A stretch of 64,000 nucleotides of DNA from Balanoglossus misakiensis (taxonomy: Eukaryota; Animalia; Hemichordata), in NCBI GenBank assembly GCA_040954595.2, contig CM082578.2, positions 3,888,831 to 3,952,830 of the forward strand, given 5' to 3'. The notes under the pieces were generated by a model. It was not told where the DNA came from. It was given only the letters and a program-made list of their open reading frames with translations, and searched no databases. Of this stretch, positions 62,543 to 64,000 are shown piece after piece; position 1 is the first letter of the stretch, and each line of letters opens with the position of its first letter. A program made the position numbers and the translations under genes.

Positions 62543-64000
62543 AAGTTCAGACACCATTTAATTTCTGAAAAAGAGGATTAGTGAAATTAAGTTAGCATCT
62601 TTCTAAATTGTTTGAACATCCATTTGATACAGTGCATATTTAACACGACAAATACTTAAGAACATATATGTATTATGAGGACATATCTAGTATACAACAA
62701 AGCAAATCTGACCTTGACAAAAGTCTACTTGAATTTTAAAATACAGTTCAGCATATCCTTTAAGACATTTCTTGTTGTGCACAATTTTAGAAAATCAAAC
62801 GGGACATAGCATTGACAGAAATAGTCATTAAACGTAATCTGACAACTTGATTGTGTACAAGCCTTAATTGCAGATCATTTGTTAAAGGTACAAAGTAGCT
62901 TTTGTTTGCCCTTTTTGATATCATTCAAGAATACAGAGAGTACCTGCATTAAGTCACTGACTGTGCAATATGCTGTCAGTGCATAACCTAAAAAGGGGTC
63001 AGTAAATACCCCTTTGCTGTAAGTAAAGTTGTGATTTTGTGTGTGATACGAAATGAATACCTGTACCAAAGTACGTTTCCTTTTGACAAATAACATTGCC
63101 ATGGCATTGTACATGGCAGTTATACATGAAAGAATACTACACTCTGAGATCTCATGCCAAGATCCATGTGGTCTAAATAGTTTGCAACACTGGCTATATA
63201 TTCAAATACATGGATAAAAGTTTAGCACACAGTGGAAAACTGGGTGGACATCATAAATTATTTATGTGAATGTTCAATCTTGTATGTTGATATACAAGCA
63301 TAGTTCACCAGTACAGTACTGTACTGGTAAACACAGAGCATTAATCCTTTAAGTCGCTGCACACACACACAGTTTATTAGGCTGTTCACAATACTCAGAA
63401 CGGGTCTGGCTGACCTTTGTCCGGACAATTTTTGTCCCAGTTGAATGGGTTAGTTTGTATCCTACTCTGGTCCGACTCTGGTTCCACTACGGTGTGTGTG
63501 GACACGTTTTGTCCGAATCTGGTCCCAGATTGACATAATAGTGTAGTCCATCGTTTGACAATGAAGAAAATCGTATGAACAACCATTAGAGGACCAACAT
63601 GGTTCTGCTTTATAAGGTGAAAGGTTGGCGAGACACCACTGGCCAGGACTGTGCCAATCACAATGTGAACGGGGACTAAAGATTAGCTTGTCTTGTCACA
63701 ATCATCAGTGACACGTTTTGCCCGGCCATGGGCCCAGATGTGAACCCACCATAAGTAGGGGGGCTGAGGCTTAGTCCCATGGACAATGGGTTGCGGAGAG
63801 GTGTTACAGTAATTCTTTACACCGGCTCCGGTCTGACCGGCAAATGCTGTCTCAAATCTAAGCAATTTCAGAACCACTAAACACTGTCCACACCTGATTC
63901 TTTAAGATGGTATCTGATCTGAGACACTTCAGAACCGTCTTAATGGTGTGTATGTGACCCTATACAGTTTACCGTGTTTCAATAAGTCAAACAACAGGTC
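62543..64000 (+). mobile_element. Second long family-A copy, continuation after the insertion (runs off the window)
   Basis: Diverged direct copy of 12449-13967 (aagttcagacacc...aagtcaaacaacaggtc). Confidence 0.85.

Overview
AT-rich eukaryotic (probably animal) DNA that is almost entirely a nested cluster of Helentron/Helitron2-type rolling-circle transposons; no host gene, RNA gene or CRISPR array is supported. Two intact ~2,440-aa transposases (OTU-like protease, Cys/His region, HUH/Y2 Rep, PIF1 helicase, AP endonuclease) lie head-to-head at 17092-24426 (-) and 40968-48263 (+). They belong to families A and B, which share a terminal hairpin (GCTGCTTGCAGC) but differ in sub-terminal inverted repeat (GGGCCCAAGC vs GGGCACAAGC). 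About 14 non-autonomous 1.2-1.7 kb units surround them. The main observation is that these units look nested rather than tandem: elements sit in a T/CTTT tract just inside the left end of other copies, giving stacks of left-end hairpins followed by runs of bodies with right ends. On the + strand, 9 left and 9 right ends between 29 and 33663 nest like balanced parentheses. A 26.3-kb B-bounded composite (36254-62542) interrupts a second long A copy, with the empty site visible at 12448/12449. Both transposase genes appear to share a homologous 26-nt upstream micro-exon. Also present: a 205-bp satellite, a Harbinger-type MITE, a perfect 40-bp hairpin and duplicated endonuclease 3' ends. Coordinates were read by eye, and repeat boundaries are approximate.
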